A stretch of DNA of 64,000 nucleotides, from assembly GCA_030264375.1 (NCBI GenBank), contig JASCQW010000043.1:85883898-85947897 (forward strand), written 5' to 3'. The stretch comes from Carcharhinus longimanus (Eukaryota). Positions 13,075-25,945 of this stretch are shown here, one piece after another. Position numbers and translations under genes: made by a program. The first letter of the stretch is position 1. Each line of letters begins with the position of its first letter. The notes beneath the pieces were generated by a model. That model saw only the letters and a program-made list of their open reading frames with translations, was not told the DNA's origin and did not search any database.

Positions 13075-13505
13075 TATACAGTTCATTAGCACTGCTGCCT
13101 CGCAGCGTCAGGGATCCGGGTTCAATTCCAACCCAAGGTCACTGTCTGTGTGGAGTTCGCACATTCTTCCCGTGTCTGCGGGGGTCTGCTCCAGGTGCTC
13201 CAGTTTCCTCCCACAGTCCAAAGATGTGCGGGTTAAGTTGATTGGTCATAGTAAATGCCCCTTAGTGTGGGACCTTCCAGCCGCGCTGGTCCTGGAAAAT
13301 CCCACCCAAGTCAATAGACCTTTGTATGGTCTGTGTCCCACCCACTATGATTCCTGTGGCGGGTGGGACAGGAAAATTCTGCCCCTAGTGTTAGGGGGAC
13401 TAGCAAGGTAAATACATGTGGTTACAGAGATAGGACCTGGGTAGGATTGTGGTTGGTGGGCCAAATGGCCTCCTTCTGCACTATAGAAATTTTATGATTC
13501 TATGA
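13075..13505 (+). mobile_element. HE1 SINE interrupted by a MITE
   Basis: Head TTAGCACTGCTGCCTCGCAGCGTCAGGGATCCGGGTTCAATTCC, V domain and tail resuming after 13384. Confidence 0.92.
13265..13384. mobile_element. Harbinger-type MITE nested in a SINE
   Basis: Degenerate TIR GTGTGGGACCTTCC / GGAAAATTCTGCCC, 3 bp flanks TTA/CTA. Confidence 0.8.
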
Positions 13506-13689
13506 TGAGTTTCCTAGAAGCAAAAAGAGATTTGGCAACAATGGGTAAATCACAAATTTCCTGTAATTTAATAGTGCAAAAATTATAGATGATGGCATTT
13601 CATTTTCTGGATGAAAGCACAGGTTCAATGTAGGGGTGTAAACTTGGAAGACAGTAGCATAGTCCCTACTATCCTTGTCCATTCCATTA

Positions 13690-14005
13690 TAGAATCATAG
13701 AATCTACTGTGCAAAAGAGGCCATTCAGCCCATCAACTCTGCAGCAGCGACATGCCCATCCAGGCCCTATCCCCGTAACCCCATATATTTACCCTTCTAA
13801 TCCCCCCGACACTAACGGGCAATTTAGCATGGCCAATTAACCTAACCTGCACATATTTGGAGTGTGGGAGGAAACCGGAGCACCCGGAGGAAACCCACTC
13901 AGACACAGGGAGAATGTGCAGACTCCACACAGGCAGTGACTGAGGTTGTAATCGAAGCCAGGTTCCTGTAGTTGTGATACATCTGTGCTAACCACTGTGC
14001 CACCA
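13690..14005 (-). mobile_element. HE1 SINE, near full length
   Basis: ATAGAATCATAGAA tail through GTGCTAACCACTGTGCCACC head on minus. Confidence 0.93.
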
Positions 14006-14101
14006 TTCAACCTTGGTCAGCATGGCTTTGGATTGTACCAACCACTGAAACAAGAGGTTTAATTTATAGATAGATTGCCAAACAGAACTACAATATAATG
14101 C

Positions 14102-14327
14102 AACAATATAAAAGCAAAATATTGCAGCTGCTGGAATCTGAAACAAAAACAGAAAATGCTGGAAAATCTCAGCAGTCTGGCAACACTTGTGGCGAGGGAA
14201 TAGAGCCAAGGTTTTGAGTCTAGCAGGTTCTGACAAAGGGTCATCTAGACTTGAAACGTTGGTTCTATTCTCTCCTCACAGGTACTGTCAGACCAATTGA
14301 GGTTTTCCAGCATTTTCTGTTTTTGTG
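14102..14327. mobile_element. Hairpin (inverted pLTR) Penelope-derived insertion with 13 bp TSD
   Basis: Flanked by TACAATATAATGC at 14089-14101 and 14328-14340; inverted arms; degenerate hammerhead core CTGACAA...GAAACGTT at 14230-14260. Confidence 0.85.
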
Positions 14328-14559
14328 TACAATATAATGCCATTGGATAGATGTCAAATGGTAAGATTGTGAATACTCACAATTAAGAGTCAGGATTTCC
14401 TTGGGAGATTTAATGCTATTCTACTGTAGCAACATTCATTGCAGTTCTCTCAATGTAAGTGCCATATATCTAACAAGCCAAGAAGGTTGCAACTGAAGCC
14501 AGAACAATATCCTTGTAGAGGTTGGTGCATCATTGCAACCTTGCCAGTTAATGATTTGG

Positions 14560-15305
14560 GCCATGGAAAGGTCTGTAAATGGGCAGAAATTCACAATGCA
14601 TGATTAACCTGCTTCTGATGCAGGAAAGTATGCAAATTGCAGGCCTGCTAATTTAGATGATTTTGCATACAGTCAGCACCACACTAAGCAGGTGAATGGC
14701 TGTCTGTACAGGGAGCATGAAATCTTCAGAGGTTTTGCCACTTGAAGCCAACGTGCATCGCTTATAGGAGAGGTGCATTCTGGTTGGAGAAAGTGATGGA
14801 ACTTTGAAGATTCTGAGAGCAACAAAAGGTCTGAATTAGGGTGCAACAAAAAAGAGAACGGGCTCTAACATTTTAAGATGCCATGTCGGAGACATTGGTG
14901 GATGAGGTGCAGAGGAAGCGAGGAATGGCATTCACTGCCACCGCAGCTGTGCCCAAAGGCACTGGGACCAGCTATCAGTGACAGTCAGTGCCAGGAAACC
15001 AGCCCTGAGAAACGGGATGCAGTGCCACATTAAGTTTAATGATCTCACAGAAGTGGGAAAAGTCAGTGAATACATCTTCAAACTCCTTATCCCACCAACT
15101 GTTCCACTCGACTCTCACACCGCTCAGTGCAACATAATCCCATCATTCACTTACAAACAATCTTGATCAATTACAATCATACCTAACATTCACCTCACCC
15201 CCATTGTTGTAAGACGTACACCCACATTTTACAGCTTGAATTAACTGCCAGCTGTTTAACCATGACAGCCTTTATCCACACTCACTAAGACACAGCTCCC
15301 TCTCT
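14560..15305 (+). mobile_element. Harbinger ORF2 (Myb/SANT-like) remnant
   Basis: F*DAMSETLVDEVQRKR...WDQLSVTVSARKPALRNGMQCHIKFNDLTEVGKV resembles the MSANTD/NAIF1-like domain. Confidence 0.7.
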
Positions 15306-16235
15306 TGTGCCATGAAATCCATTGATCTATCTATCCCTGGGTGTTAAATTAGCATTCTGCAGAGATTGTGACATTTAAGGTACAGGAGGTTCCAATGCTT
15401 GTTGCATTTCTCCCTGCCTAATAACAAAGGTGAGACCTTCTGGGAGTATTTTGATAGGTCACCAGATCCGTTCAAGTGTCATTAAATGGCTCTTCTTGAA
15501 ACAATCAGCTTGAGGCAGTCTGCCAGCCAGAAGTGTCACAGACACGGGGACAGGAATAGGTCATATTAAGTAAGTTAAAAGAAGGGAGCAAAGAAAAAAG
15601 CTCTGAATTAAAGAAAGAGCTGTAGTTAGCAGACTGACTCCATATTGTGGACCAGTGGGGCAAAGGTACAGTGATTTTATGCTAGGCACAGCCAAAGAGC
15701 TGCAATTACACCTGTGAGCTAGTGTTTGACTATTCTCTCAAATCCAGGGAAAAGGAATCTTGGAAGATAAGATTGAAACTCTGTATGGTGTGCCATTGTT
15801 AAAACTGTCTGAGTGGGAGTGACTGTTGGAGAGAATTCCAAGAAAAGATCATTGAAGGTGAAGCTAAGAATTCCTCATGAGACAGAGTTTCAATGAGATT
15901 GTTAGATTTGTTTTTTACTCAAGCCTGGGTGAAAAATCTGTCTTGGTTGCATCTGCCACCTGCTCTGTTGTGTGGTGTATCCAACACACAGTTCATCTGT
16001 TAATTCACATGTATATTTACCCTGAATGTTAAGAGTGCAAGATATATACTGGTTAATCTTTCTGAACTTGTTTTGTAAAATTTACGTTTGTTTGTTCAAA
16101 ATCCATGGAATCTTGTGGTTTTATTCCAAAAATGGGCATCCTGGATCTCAAAGTTCATCTACTTTAAACAAAATATTATTAATCCCTCACTGGATCTCCC
16201 CCCCCAAATCCTTGGTCTAAGAAAGGATCATAACA
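15306..16235 (+). mobile_element. Probable solo LTR (Gypsy-like) inserted in the Harbinger remnant
   Basis: Ends ...GGATCATAACA; 5' TG start at 15306 (flanks CTCT/CTTT) or 15367; Harbinger-like sequence resumes afterwards. Confidence 0.55.
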
Positions 16236-17200
16236 CTTTCACAATCGGAAGCAGCAGCATTGAACCAGCAGGGTACATGCAATGGCAATGTCCTTACCCC
16301 CAGCATAATTGATGCCTTCAGTCGAGTAGCCAGACCTGAGGGTGTGGCCAGTGACACGGCTAAAATTACCTGAAGTTTTGGCTTGGTCATGTCCAATCAT
16401 CCTCACATCTCACTCCTCCCCTTCCCACAATCTCTTACAATTTACAAGCTCCAAATATTGTAAGCAAGCATCACTTGCTTTCCCCGATTCCTCTCAACAT
16501 AACCCTACCGTTGTTCCATAGCTCCAAAGAACTGCTACAGTGCAGATGGAGGCCATTCGGTCCATCAAGTTTGCACCGACTCTCTGACAGATATATTACC
16601 CAGGCCCTTTCCCCCACCCTATCCCCATAACCCCACACATTTACCACAGCTAATCCATCTAATTTACGCATCTTGGGACACTAATGAGCAATATTAGCAT
16701 GGCCAATCCACCTAATTTGCACATCTTTGGACTGTCAGGGGAAGCCGGAGCATCTGAAGGAAACCCAAGCAGACACGGGGGAACATACAAACTCCACACA
16801 GACAGTCACCCGAGGCTGGAATTGAACCTGGTTCCCCAGCACTGTGAAGCAGCAACACTAGCCATGGTGCTACCATGTCTTTTTCCTCTTAGATACTCAA
16901 GAATGGCAGTTGTGGCTGTAGTGAAAGAAGAGGAGGTGAAAGAGCAGGAAGACAGCGAAGAAACATTGTCACTCACTCTCACACTTGCAGCCACCAACTC
17001 AGAGACAGAGCATGTGTACTTCAAAGGGTATCACACAGGGAAGATTTGCACATGGCGTGACAGGCTGCAGCCAGGACAGGGGACAAGAGAGTGCAGGTAC
17101 CAGCTTAACTTGGAGCAAGATTGCACATGTTCTACAGCAGAAGATTTAGATAATCACTTTGATGGGGTGGCATATGAGCTGTTGGAAATGCACAGAGTGA
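16236..17200 (+). mobile_element. Continuation of the Harbinger ORF2 remnant (interrupted by a SINE)
   Basis: Acidic low-complexity stretch KEEEVKEQEDSEETLSLTLTLAATNSET, co-linear with 14560-15305. Confidence 0.45.
16530..16878 (-). mobile_element. HE1 SINE
   Basis: Tail, V domain and head motifs on minus. Confidence 0.92.
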
Positions 17201-17569
17201 CTAGTTGAGTTTTGTATCCCTCTCAGATGCTGTCAGACCTGCTGAGTATGTCCAACATTTTCTATTTTAATTTCAGATTTCCAGCCTCTGCAGCATTTTG
17301 CTTTTGATATATGTATTTGTTTTTTCATCATATTGTGTGGTGGCTTTAATTTGTACCAAGAGAGCATTGTGATGTTCAGTAGCAGACAGAAGAAGGTAAG
17401 ATGTGGGACTGTTGGTGAAAGAGGAATGGAGCTGGTGGTCACTGGTTTTGTAGTTGAATGAATCTCTTACAGAATGCCTGGGCAGGAAGTGTCAGTGTTA
17501 GTCAGCCAGAGTCCAGCCAGGAAAGGGTTGAGTCAGTTGCTTTCTATACCTCCTCAGCTGGTCAACACG

Positions 17570-17820
17570 TATTTCTTGTGCATCTTTAAGACTTGAATAG
17601 CAGGTTAGTTGTAAAGACTTGCATTCTAATCAGTATTCTGTAAACTGTGTGTGACTTTATATGCCCTTCTTTGATCTGAACCTTCCACACACCTGACGAA
17701 GGGACACTGTTTCTGAAAGCTTGTGAGATTACTATCAAATAAACTGGTTGGACTCTAACCTGGTGTTGTGAAACTTCTTACTGTGCTTACCCCAGTCCAA
17801 CGCTGGCATCTCTACTTCAG
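17570..17820 (+). mobile_element. Penelope-like pLTR/3' end (second family)
   Basis: AAATAAACTGGTTGGACTCTAACCTGGTGTTGTGAAACTTCTTACTGTG...CCAACGCTGGCATCTC, shared with the 28233 and 53809 insertions. Confidence 0.8.
17688..17725 (+). ncRNA. Minimal type I hammerhead ribozyme-like motif
   Basis: CTGACGA (17693-17699), stem II AGGGAC-act-GTTTCT, GAAA (17715-17718), palindromic AAGCTT, CAC/GTG stem I; typical of Penelope pLTRs. Confidence 0.65.
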
Positions 17821-20800
17821 GATAGCGATTGTCAGGATTGATGGTTGCACATTATGAAGCAATACCTTCATAATGAATCTGTCAAACTCTGATTCTTCAT
17901 CAGTGATGTGACTGGATGAATCTTAATATTCAAGAATCTCAGTGGTGTTGTGCACTGGCTATATATCAGGGACCTCACAAAATGTATCCCTAAATATTTG
18001 AAGACCTTAGTAGATCTGTCTACGAGTTGAAAATTGTTCTTCTTTGTTTAAAGGAATAGTGAGTCAGCATTTGTATTTGCCACCCACAAAGTGACCTGGG
18101 CAGGGTGGGCATAATGAGTGATTACATTGCTAACATCCTATTATTTTAGGTCTACAAGCATACTGTATTAGCATTTTGAGACCAGGAAAGGTCATTTTTT
18201 ACAATTTGTTCCCCATTAATCATTCCTCTTTCACAACATTAAATATTTCTGACCTTTTACCTGGCCCAAACCTGTGCCTTTCTGCTGAATTAAGAACTCA
18301 CCCAGTTCATTTTTGAATATTTTAACTGAGCCAGTTTTCAAAACACTAGGTGGCAGTCTCTCCTACAACTGCTGCGAGTCATATCTTTTATGAGCTGGAT
18401 GACTTTATAGTTCAGTGGATCTGTTTAGAAAATGTCCATAAAAGGGACAATGCATATTTTGTACATATTAAACAGTATTCCAATATTCATGAGGGAATAG
18501 CTGAAATCTTGTGGGAGTTCTGTCGTTTGAACAGGCTGGGTTAGTGCCAGCCAGAAGTGAGGTTGGAGAATCAGTAGGCAGCAACTGAACGAATTGTTCC
18601 TTACTATACTGATGTTATAATGATTCCCTTCTTGAATTTGTTGTGGCTTTTACTGCTTCTTAATGGAGTTATAATGGACTGGAACCCCTTGGAAACCTGT
18701 GATAAATATGTTATCCTTACAATTTGTGTTGACTGGTTTTGGAAAGACGCAATTGAAATACAAATCTGGCTTTGTCATTCCATTAAGCTACATTGTACCC
18801 AAATCTAATGCTTGTAGTAAGTATTATGTCTAATACATGTTTCAGACAGGCACAAACATAAATGTGTACACAATAATTATAGAGAATGGATATAACAAAA
18901 CACATTCAAGAGGTTTTGTAAACAATTTTTTGCTGTGTAAAAATAGCAAAATTTTCAACGAAGTCTCACTTTTGTGGTATACGGTGGCAAAAATTCTGGA
19001 GTTACCTGGTAATTTTTCAAATTCCATTGTTTATTTGCAGAGCACATTTGGCAAATTGTCAGTCCATCACTTGAAAATAAAACATATAGGAGCAGAAAGA
19101 ACTGCATTAATGATAAAAACAAAAATCATTCCTCAGCAACCGCATTAAGTAGTTATCTTCTGAATGAATAGTAAATTGGTCAGCATAACATGGGCAGGAG
19201 CAATACCTGATCATAAGATCATAAGAAATAGGAGCAAGAGGAAGCCGTCCAGCTCATCAAACCTGCTCCACCATTCAGTAGGATCATGGCTGACCTGGTT
19301 GTGGCCTTCATTCCACTTTTCTGCATATCCTCCATAACCCTGGCCTTTCCTGTCAATCAAGAATCTGTCTAAGTCTGCCTTGAATTTATTCAATGACATA
19401 GCCTCCCCTACTCTCTGTGGAAGAGAATTTCAAAGACTAATGACCATCAGTGAGAAATAACTTCTTCGTTACCTCGGTCTAAAATTGGAGACCTTTTATT
19501 TTCAAATTATGCTCCCTTGTTTGAGATTCGCCCACAAGAGGAAATACTCTCTCAGCATTTAATCTATCAAACCTCCTCAGAATTTTATATATTTCAATAA
19601 GAATCTCATTCTCCTAAAACTCCAAGGAGAATAGCCCAATCTGCTTAACTTTTCCTCGTAAGACAATGACTTCAATCCAGAAATCAGCCTAACGAACCTT
19701 CCATGACCTGCTCCCAATGCAAATAAATCCTTCTTTAAGTAAGTAGACCAAAACAATACACAGCACTCTAGCTGCTGTCTCGTTAATGTCTTGTTTAGTA
19801 ATAGCAAGATTCCCCAATTCCATACTCCATCAGCCCTTGGAATATTCAATTCAAGTCCGCTCAATTTGCCTTCCTAGTTACTTGCTGTACTGCATGCTAT
19901 TTTGTTTTTTGTGATTCATGTACAAGAACATCCAGATGCCCCTGTAATCCAACAAATTTCTCCCCACTTAAATAATATCCTGTTATTTCTTAATTTGTCA
20001 TGCCAAAGTGGATAACCACACATTTTCCCCCATGAGACTTCATCTGTCATATTTTTGCCCACTCATTTAACATATCTATATTCTTTTGCAGATTCTCCAC
20101 ATCCTCACAATCGCTTGTTTCCATCTCTTTGTATTGCGATCAAATCTGGCTACAATACTATTGTCCCTTCATCTAAGTCATTAAATAGATTGTAAATAGT
20201 TGACACTCCAGCACTGATCTCTCTGGCACTCCACTAGTCATGGTCTGCCAATCTAGAAATTAACCATTTATCCCAACTCTCTGATTGCTGTTAGTTAAGC
20301 AATCCTCTACCCATACTAATACCCTACCCCTAATACCATGAGCCTTTATCTTGTTTAGTAAACTTTTATGTGGCAACTTATTGAATGCTTTTGGAAATCC
20401 CAGTATACTACATTGAGTGGTTCTGCCTTATCTATCCTGCTTCTTGCATCATCAAATAACTTTAATAAATTTCCTTTTCATTTTGTTTTCATAACTTTCA
20501 GAGTCAGCCCAATTGACTCTGCCCAATTTTCTAATGCTACTATCTCCTCAACAATAGTTTCCAGCATTTCCCAATGACATATGTTGGGCTAACTGACCTA
20601 TAGTTTCCTGCTTTCCACCTCTGTTCTTCCTTATATATTGCAATATTCCAATCCTGAAGGACCTTTCCATTAGCTAGAGAATTTTGGCAGATCACAACCA
20701 ATCCATGAAGTATCACTGCAACCACTTATTTTAAGACCCTGGATGAAGCCATTTGGTCCAGAGAATTCATTGGCCTTTAGTCCTATTTTTTCTATTGATT

Positions 20801-21084
20801 GTGTTCATTTTAAGTGGTTGGAGTGATGTTGGATGGTTTGGTTGTGATCTTCCAAAATTCTCTAGATAATATTTTAAGTTTCTCCTGCCTTTTGCCCCTT
20901 AATTTTCTACAAATTCTAAGTGCTTTTGTATCTCCTATTCTGAAGACAGGCAGAAACATTATTATATTTTTACTAGTTTTTTCTCCCACTCCAACTTCTC
21001 CCATTATTTCTTTTAGTCAACCTTTACTTGTTTCCTAAATTTTCCCAATCTTCTGTTCTATACTAATCTTTGTACATAGACAAG

Positions 21085-21460
21085 TCATAGAATCAGAGAA
21101 TCCCTACAGTGCAGAAGGAAGCCATCTGGCCCATTGAATTCTGCCCTGATCCCATCCTCGTAACCCCTCTTATTTAACCTGCTAGTTCCCCTGACGCTAA
21201 AGGATAAGTCAAAAAATGTGCGGGTTAGGTGGATTGGCCATGCTAAATTGTCCCTTAGTACCAGGGGGACTATCTAGGATAAATGCATGGGGTTATGGGG
21301 ATAGGGCCTGGGTGGGATTGTGATCGATGCAGACTCAATGGGCCAAATGGCCTCCTCTTGAACTGTAGGAATCTATGATAATTTAGCATAGCCAATTAAC
21401 CTAACCTGCATATCTTTGGAGTGTGGGAGGAAACCGGAGCACCTGGAGGACACCTGCACT
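21085..21460. mobile_element. Minus-strand HE1 SINE containing a 5'-truncated plus-strand HE1 SINE
   Basis: Minus tail ~21085-21205, plus copy ~21208-21378, minus body resumes ~21380; GATAA at both junctions. Confidence 0.85.
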
Positions 21461-21650
21461 GTTAATTTGATATCACCTTAACTTCCTTATTTAGCCACAG
21501 ATAGTGCATCCTACTCATAGAACCTTTCTTAAATGGCGTATATTTTAATTAAGAGTTATGAAATATCCCCTTAAATGTCTGCAAACACTTACCTATTTAT
21601 TTCCCTTCTGCCAACTCTGTCTTCATACTCTTGCCTTTATTTAGGCACTG

Positions 21651-21774
21651 GGGTGAATTTTCCCATTCCTGCCACCATGAGAATTGTAGCAAGTGAGGGG
21701 CAGACTATGGAAAACTGTTGACCTGGGGTAGGATTTTCTGGTTTCGGGGTGAGTGCAGCTGGAAAATCCCACCT
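21651..21774. mobile_element. Harbinger-type MITE
   Basis: GGGTGAATTTTCCC / GGAAAATCCCACCT termini. Confidence 0.8.
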
Positions 21775-22765
21775 ACTATTTTGAGACCTGTAATTCATAC
21801 CCTCAAACTGAATGTGAAATTCTTTCATGTTATGGCCACTCTCTCCTAAAGGTTCCTTTGCTGTAAGCTCATTAGTTAATCCTGTCTCATTACTAGGTCT
21901 AAAATACCTGGTTCCCAGGTTTATTCGAGGACATATTGTTCTGACAAACTGTCCCAAACACCCTCTGTGAACCAATCCTCCAGGTTACTGCTGCTAATTT
22001 GATTTGTCTAATCTTTATGAAGATTAATATCTCCCAAGAATATTGCAGCACCATCTTTATAAGTCCCCATTATTTCATGATTTATTCTCTGTCCTACGGC
22101 ACATCTACTGGAAGGGAAGTGGGATGGGGGGGTGGTTGGCCTGTGAGCTGCTCCCACCAGTGATTTCTTTCCTTTGCTCTTTCTTGTTGTCACCTAAATT
22201 GAATCTATATTTTGATCTTCCAAACAAAGATCATTTCTCATTACTTACTGATCTCATCTTAACGTAGCTACCCCATCTTATTTTCCTTTCTCCTTCCCTT
22301 CTGAAATGTCACATACCCTTGAACATTGAGGTTCCAGCTGTGGTCTCTGTATTGGCTATCAGGTATTTCTATTTGCACTATCAATTCATTGATCTTGTTA
22401 TTGCTGCTTTAATGTTGTTGTTTTACCATTTTTCCTTCCTCTAGCCTTATTTGCTGGTGCATTCTTATGCACGTGTGCTCTGTCTGTAGTCTGGTTATCG
22501 TTATCTACATTGTCATGTCCTTTTTCTTTCACTTTCCAAACCTCCTCTCACATGACCATCATCCGCCTCGCCCAGAGATCCCTCCTCAACTCCACTCTTT
22601 GGTTTAAAGCCCTCTCTACAGCCCTACTTATATGATTCACCAGTACACTGGTCCCAGCATGGTGCAGGTGAATGCCATCCCAATCGTCACAACCTATTTT
22701 TCCCAAAACCAAATCTTTGGGACACACATTCAACTCTCTGATCTTATTTACCATAAATCAGTTTA

Positions 22766-23165
22766 GGGAGGCAGTGGTGTAATGGTATTGTCACTGGACT
22801 AACAATTCAGAGACCCAGGGTAATGCTCTGGGGAGCTGGGTACAAATCTCATGTTGGCAGATGGTGAAATTTGAATTCAATAAAAACTGTCTGCAATTAA
22901 GCATCTACTGATGATCACAAAACCATTGTTGTTTGTCAAAAAAATCCATTTGGTTCACAAATATCCATTAGGGAAGGAAATCTGCAGTCCTTACCTTGTC
23001 TGGTCTACATGTGCCTCCCGAGACACAGCAATGAGATTTACTCTCAATTGCCTTCCAAAATGGCCTAGTAAGCCATTCAGTTAGTTCAAGGGCAATTTGT
23101 GGATGGGGAAGAAATTCTGCCCCAACTAGCGATGCCCACGTCCCATGAACGAATTATATTAAAAA
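22766..23165 (+). mobile_element. tRNA-headed SINE (non-HE1 family) with a LINE-derived tail
   Basis: A-box-like GGCAGTGGTGTAATGGT and B-box-like GGTACAAATC; 3' ~70 nt match the reverse complement of 32133-32202; A-rich end. Confidence 0.85.
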
Positions 23166-24117
23166 AATATACACATTGCATGCATAAACTATACTTTACT
23201 ACTATGATCCTAAGCAATACATAAGCATAAATGACAAGCAGGAAAAGTTTACCTAGATCGTCAAGGATATCGCACACTTGTGATGCCTGGAGCTGCAATT
23301 CCCATTCACACCCAATTCCAAGAAGATGTATAATTGCCTGCAGAAAGATAAAAGAAAACCTGGGCCAATAAGGGAAAATTCTTCTACCAACTCAGGTGAT
23401 CAAAGCACACTCTAGGAGATCACATTGACCTTGTATGCATTATTATTAGTCCACTTATGTTTTATATGATGCGATCTCCAGAGATATGCACTGCACCAGG
23501 ATCAGGTTTCTCGAATCATTATTATCAAGGCAGTGATTATGGGTTGATGTGGCATAAAGGGATGAGGTTTCCAGCTGTATTCATTCCAAATAACAGCCAG
23601 ACAAATGATGCCTTTGCTCAGTTCCCAATACTAAAATTTGTATTCTACTGGTTTCTTGTGTGGGGAAATGCTTTGACCCTCATTAGAGGAAACCAGATTG
23701 CAGTCTGCAAAGAAATGTTTTATTTCAAAATAGCAAGAGAGTGGAGATTTATTCTCTCAATATTTTAAATGCTTAATACAGTCCTTTGCTCTGAGTAGTT
23801 TGATGTTTTTGAATCATTTGGTATAGTGAAAACTGTGACATGTATAAAATTTCACAGAACATTGGACTTTCCTTGCCGAAAATCAATGTTGTCACACGTG
23901 TATTTATCAGACAGACAGTTTAATTTTAATTAGTGAAATAAATTGAAGCAAATTAGCAAGCAGTTACCAGATTTTGGAGTTGGCATCCCTGCTGTGTTAA
24001 ACCCAAACATAAACGAGTGGAAGTGTTGGGAAAATAATGGTTTGCAATTTATTAAACATGCAACCTCTTACAAATTCTGAAATTCTTTGTTGTTGGCTCT
24101 TAATTCAATGAATAACC

Positions 24118-24436
24118 GTCATAGAATAATAAAATCCCGACATGTCAGAAAGAGGCCATTCAGCCCAACGATCTGCACCGACAACAATCCCACCCAGGCC
24201 CTATCCCCGCAACCCCATGTATTTACCCCACTAATCCCCCAACATGATTGGCATGGCCAATTGACCTAACCCGCACATCTTTGGATTGTGGGAGGTAACC
24301 GGAGCACCCGGAGGAAACCCACACAGACATGGGGAGAACGTGCAAACTCCACACTGACAGTGATCCAAGCGAGAATTGAGCCTGGGTCCCTGGTGCTGTG
24401 AAGCAGCAGTGCTAACCACTGTGTCACCACGCCACC
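24118..24436 (-). mobile_element. HE1 SINE
   Basis: Tail, V domain and head on minus. Confidence 0.92.
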
Positions 24437-24669
24437 CACACATCTTTAATTCTTTCATGGGATTGATATTAATGTCGGTACAAACCAATATAAATGTATT
24501 GAGGCCTATCCTCAAAATTCTTCTGATATGGAGAGTCATTTTTGTGTATTATAAAATGCACTAGCATGAACTATTGCCTACCCACTTTTAACTTCCCTCG
24601 TTGATGTTCTAGGTTTTGGGGGAAAAGAATTGAAACCCAAACACAATGACAACTTAAGATAGAAAAACT

Positions 24670-25275
24670 CAAATGGCACTTCACAGCACAAATCAGATAA
24701 AAGTTGACACCATAAACCAAAAATGCTATAGTGGGTAATTAAAAATGTGGTCAAAGCATTAAGTTTTAAGAAGAATCCTGAAGGTGGGGAGAGAGGCTGA
24801 GAGTGAGAAGAAGGAAAGGACCACCTGAACTTTACGGCTTAGAAAACTGAAGATTCATTGCCAGTAGTGGAATCAGGGGTGTGGGGGTGCACAGGAAGCA
24901 AGTGTTGGAGAAACACTGGGTTTTTAGAGGTTTGTAGGGCTAAAGGAGGCTATACAGAGATAGGGAGGGATCAGACCATGGAGGGATTTGAAAATCAAAA
25001 TTTGAAAATTTCATAAGTGGACAAATTGGTACACTGGGAACTAATGCAGATCAGTAAACACGCGTAAAGGGTGAATGGGACTTATCGTGGTTTAGGATAC
25101 GGGCAACAGAATTTTGGATGTGTTCAAGTTTATAAAAGGCAGAAGACCAACAGTGGACTAGGATAGCATTGGGATAGTTGAGTTTCGCAGTAACAAAAGT
25201 ATGGATGTAGATTTAAGCAGCAGATAAGCTAAGGCAGGAATGGAGGTAGATAATATTGTAGAGATGGAAGTCAGG
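24670..25275 (-). mobile_element. L2-like LINE fragment
   Basis: Purine-rich body with GGGAGGGATCAGACCATGGAGGGATTTGAAAA, similar to 7488-7830. Confidence 0.65.
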
Positions 25276-25279
25276 ATAG

Positions 25280-25945
25280 CTTGCAAAGTCCATCCCTATT
25301 CTCCCTCAAAAACTCATGGTGAACTGTCTTCTTGAAACACTAACTGTGGTTTCAATTCAACAGATCCACTCAGTGACTGGCTAGGTTGCTTCCCAAGGCA
25401 GTGAATTAAGAGTCATTATGTTGGTGTGGGACTGAAGTCACTTACAGGCAAAGACAATAACGTTTTGTTTCTTAAAAGACATGAATGGACCAGTTGGGAT
25501 TTTATGACAAACAAGCGGGCGGCATGGTTGCACAGTAGTTAGCACTGCTGCCTCACAGCACCAGGGACCTGGGTTCGATTCCGGGCTTGGGTTGCTGTCT
25601 GTGTGGAATTTGCACATTCTCCCTGTGTCTGCGTGGGTTTCCTCCAGATGCTTTGGTTTCCTCCCACAGTCCAGAGATGTGCGGGTTAGGTGGATTGGCC
25701 ATGCTAAGTTGCCCTTCAGGGGGATTAGCTAGGGTAAATGCATGGGGTTATGGGGACCTGGACCTAGGTAGGATTGTGGTTGGTGTAGACTCGATGGGCT
25801 GAATGGCCTCCTTCTGTACTGTAGGATTCTATGATTCTATGGAACAGTTTCATGGTCACTTTTTCCATATAGAATTTGAGCGAATTTTCTCCACAGTTAA
25901 TCCAGGCTTGTGGATTACTCATCCAGTAACACACTACACAATCGC
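25280..25945 (-). mobile_element. Old copy of the 22766-type SINE split by an HE1 insertion
   Basis: CCATCCCTATTCTCCCTC tail, CCAGTTGGGATTTTATGACAA body, TGGATTACTCATCCAGTAACACACTACAC head on minus. Confidence 0.7.
25517..25841 (+). mobile_element. HE1 SINE, full length
   Basis: GGGCGGCATGGTTGCACAGTAGTTAGCACTGC ... GATTCTATGATTCTATG. Confidence 0.95.

Larger units (their letters stand above)
19210..22765 (-). mobile_element. Long internally deleted CR1 LINE (ORF1 esterase to 3' tail) with nested insertions
   Basis: ORF1-like WDGIHLHHAGTSVL; endonuclease-like IFLGDINLH; RT-linked GNYRSVS and LECCVLFWSTYLKKD; tail CATAAGATCATAAGA. Confidence 0.9.

Noticed and set aside
23253-23337. 85 nt minus-strand exon candidate (TTTCTTTTATCTTTCTGCAG acceptor, AG/GTAAAC donor; AIIHLLGIGCEWELQLQASQVCDILDDL)
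   Set aside because: No recognisable protein and no partner exons; the flank resembles an old LINE 3'UTR remnant, so the splice signals may be fortuitous
25517-25590. tRNA-like A/B boxes in many places
   Set aside because: All are SINE heads continuing into the V domain; no full cloverleaf tRNA gene
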